Of a DNA stretch of 64,000 bases, positions 61,339 through 64,000 are shown one piece after another. Numbering within the stretch: position 1 is the stretch's first letter; every line of letters starts with the position of its first letter. Both the position numbers and the translations under genes were made by a program. Where the stretch lies: the NCBI RefSeq assembly GCF_030144855.1, contig NC_082722.1, positions 21,142,001 through 21,206,000 of the forward strand, given 5' to 3'. This DNA comes from Hypanus sabinus. Lineage: Eukaryota. Under the pieces are notes generated by a model, which saw only the letters and a program-made list of their open reading frames with translations, had not been told where the DNA came from and searched no databases.

Positions 61339-61712
61339 CAATTAACAGAATAGCGGACAGCATACTTTTATTTCCGAAAAATTGTTGCTGACCTTTTACT
61401 TGACGGCAACAATCTCCAATGCCGGCGTTACGAGCATCCAGGGGGGTAAATTTGCCCTTGCTGTTATTTATATTGAACCACTGTTCTCTGCTGACTGGTT
61501 CTATAAATGCGCCCCTCACAAACGGAATTGGAAAATTGGATAACATGGATACAGTGCCACCGACTGCGACGTCTAAAATCGAAGGGTTTGTTCCACTTTG
61601 GCCGAATATACTTTTACTGTTCACAAAACGTAAGTGAGAATGATGAAAACAGTTGCATACAGTCTACAAAAATCAGCAAAATAAGTAGGAAGAAGAATGA
61701 TTAAACGTCAAT
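61339..61712 (-). pseudogene. Leader remnant (61712-61661) plus V(J)-like pseudo-exon (61616-61339)
   Basis: SFFFLLILLIFVD|GTATGC...gaacAG|(L)KVYS-AKVEQT[frameshift]PSILDVAVGGTVSML(S at the Cys position)NF...WF..GKF..NAGIGDCC..FFGNKSMLS..|GT, phase 1 at both ends. Confidence 0.6.
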
Positions 61713-62409
61713 ATGCGAATTGGATATGTGTTATGGCCTAAGGTCCACAGTATAATTAATCTATAATGTAACTAGTGTATAATATTATAATTTGGCTTAG
61801 CTCCGAAAAATCGGTACAATAATGAAGCGTACCTTGTCAAAACACAGCGAGAAATGTCACGCACCGGACTATTACATTTGAACACATGAGAAAAGGGGAG
61901 GGGTGGTGATGGGGCGGAGAATGGGCGGGATGATGGGTGGGTTCTAGCGGTGTAACAACACAGTATGTTTGATCAACCTAATCAAATGTATCGGTCGACA
62001 TTGTGGGATGTTAGGACAGAAATTGAAAGGGCAATTGCAGTGAGATGACCACCGTCTTCTAGCAGGATTGTGGTACCAGAACACTAGAGTGTGACTAAGA
62101 TGCATTTATTTAAAAGGCGTGCAAGGATAAGCCCAGAGTTTCGGGTGGCAAACCTGACATCGGTGCTGGGAACGATAATGGAGTGGATTCTGAGGCAAAC
62201 GGTCTCTCATAGTTTGGAAAGGCGAGGACTGAAAGGGTAACATTCAGCAAGGATTTGTCATGGGGAATCATATCTCACAAATCTCATTGAGTTGTTTTGA
62301 GATGTGAAGAAAACATTTGCTGAGGACAGGGCAGTATTCTAGACTTTCATTGAGATTTGTAACGTCCCGTATGGCAGACCTAATGTAGAAAGCTGGATGA
62401 CATGGGAGC

Positions 62410-64000
62410 CAGGGTGAGCCAGCCGACTGAACAGGAGAGCACGAAATGGTGTAGTATATCATCAGAAGGTGATAGAGGAGATTTGGTATTTCAGAATGAA
62501 GGTCTCTAACTACTGATGTACTGGAGAGGGCGATTCAAGTTTCAGTACTCTTTGTCATCAAGTTCTGAAATACTGAAGAGGATAATATTGTGAACATCAT
62601 TAATAACTTCGGGGAGGCAACGAAATTGTTGATGTAGAGGAAAGTGAAAGCTAACCAAGATAATGAACTGGGAAACTAGTCCATCAAGTGCAGATATACT
62701 GTAATTTAACTTGGACAATGGCAAAAATGTGCGCTTTGGTTAGTTAAAATAAAGCAGGAATTACACAGTAAGTTGTCCTGGGCGTTGAAGTAGAACACAG
62801 TGACTGAGTGTAACACGTACATAGATCTCTGCAAGTGGTGATGGAGGTGGAAAGAAAGGTAAAGAAAATGTTCGTCACACATGACACAACAGTTGGGGCG
62901 TTGAGTGCACGGTCTCGAATATACTGTTATTCCGTACCTATTGTTAGTTAAAAACTTGAAGCATTCTGTGCATTTCTGATCGTCCAGCAGCCCTTAACAG
63001 AGTGCAGAAAGGACTCACGAGTAGGTTTGCAGGACAGCAAACTTTTAGCTGTAGGGAAAGGCTGGGGTTATTGTTCCTTGAGTACAATAGGTTGAGGGAT
63101 GACCTGATGTAGGAATATAAAGCGACGAGGGGCATGGACAGGCTTAAATTAAAGTTTTACACCCAGGATAGCTTAATCGACAATACATCAATTCATGTTG
63201 TGAGAGAAAAGATTTTAAATGAGCCTAGGGAAAGTTATTCAACAGATAGGAGCTTAATAACTGGAAAATGTACCGGAAGGTACAGGTGGGTTCGGTAGCA
63301 ATCTGTGAAATGCAGTTGGATTGGTATACTAAGTAATGTTGAGAGCAGAAAGATTGCAAGGGCCAAAAATTGTCCTCTAGGAGATCAGAGTAATAATCTG
63401 TGCATGGAACCAAAAGAGAATGGGGAGATCTTAAATGGATTAATTGCATTTGTATTTACTCGGGAGACGGACACGGGGTCGATAGAAGTGAAGCAAAGCA
63501 GTAATGAGGTTATGGTCTTGTATTTCTTCATTTAAATCTTTGAAAATTGGGTCTAAGACCAAAGGGAACCCAGCATGGCCTATGATTGTATGCTCCTACT
63601 TCCCTTCTCTTATCTCCAGCTATCTGAGCAATTATCCATCCGATCCAACATGTTGCCTTTAATTCCCAGTGTTCTCATTTTCCACATAGGTCAAACATTT
63701 TCTAGAAATTCTCATAAAATAGTTTTCACATCAATAAGATAAGATATTTTGCAGAGTTGCTGGAAATCCTAAACAACGCACACAACGTTGTAGAGGAACT
63801 TAGTCGGTGAAGAAGCACCTGTGGAAGTGAATAAAGAGTCGGTGTTTTGGGCCAAGACCCTTCGTCAGCAATGGAAATGAAGAAGGAAGATACCATAATA
63901 GAAAGAAAGGGGACTGAAAGGACAACTAACAAGAAGGTCACGGGTAAGGCCTGGTGAGTGGGGGGAGGAGATGAAGTAACAACCTGGGTGATGATAGATG
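62410..64000 (+). repeat. Segmental duplicate, copy 2 of 21790-23500
   Basis: Collinear shared blocks, with a Penelope terminal piece and decayed hammerhead at 63836-63870 (minus strand CTGACGA-AGGGTCTTGGCCC-AAAAC). Confidence 0.8.

Noticed and set aside
61419-61637. Plus-strand ORF ending at a strong GTAAGT
   Set aside because: It is antisense to the better-supported leader/V exon and has no recognisable product.
1-64000. RAG recombination signal sequences (CACAGTG-12/23-ACAAAAACC)
   Set aside because: Isolated heptamers occur (e.g. about 45826) but I saw no correctly spaced nonamer and none flanking the V-like exons. This was a visual scan only.
1-64000. Prokaryotic operons, CRISPR arrays, rRNA/tRNA genes, endogenous viral genes
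   Set aside because: No long ORFs or repeat-spacer arrays. The only tRNA-like sequences are a SINE head and a PBS.

Overview
Eukaryotic, repeat-dense, intron-containing genomic DNA. A cartilaginous fish, probably a ray, is inferred from the CR1/Rex1/Penelope repeat landscape. There are two N-gaps and no prokaryotic features. Between the repeats lies a cluster of related immunoglobulin-superfamily genes with an antigen-receptor-like leader-V(J)-C1-TM exon layout. One member looks intact within the window: C1 exon 473-766, TM exon 1368-1466 with a transmembrane Asp, and a probable short tail exon 2295-2314; its V exon would lie left of the window. At least four decayed paralogues occur on both strands. 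I saw no RSS by eye, and J-like motifs appear fused to the V exons. Other notable items are (i) a non-autonomous Gypsy LTR element (46971-51151) whose RNaseH/integrase region is replaced by an in-frame, intronless mosaic of myosin II heavy-chain rod sequence, (ii) Penelope-like elements and short derivatives carrying minimal type I hammerhead ribozyme motifs, and (iii) a BovB-like RTE, an IR/DR Tc1 element, a solo LTR with an intact TSD, an R4/Dong-like fragment and many CR1/Rex1 fragments. All similarities were recognised by eye, no searches were run, and repeat boundaries are approximate.
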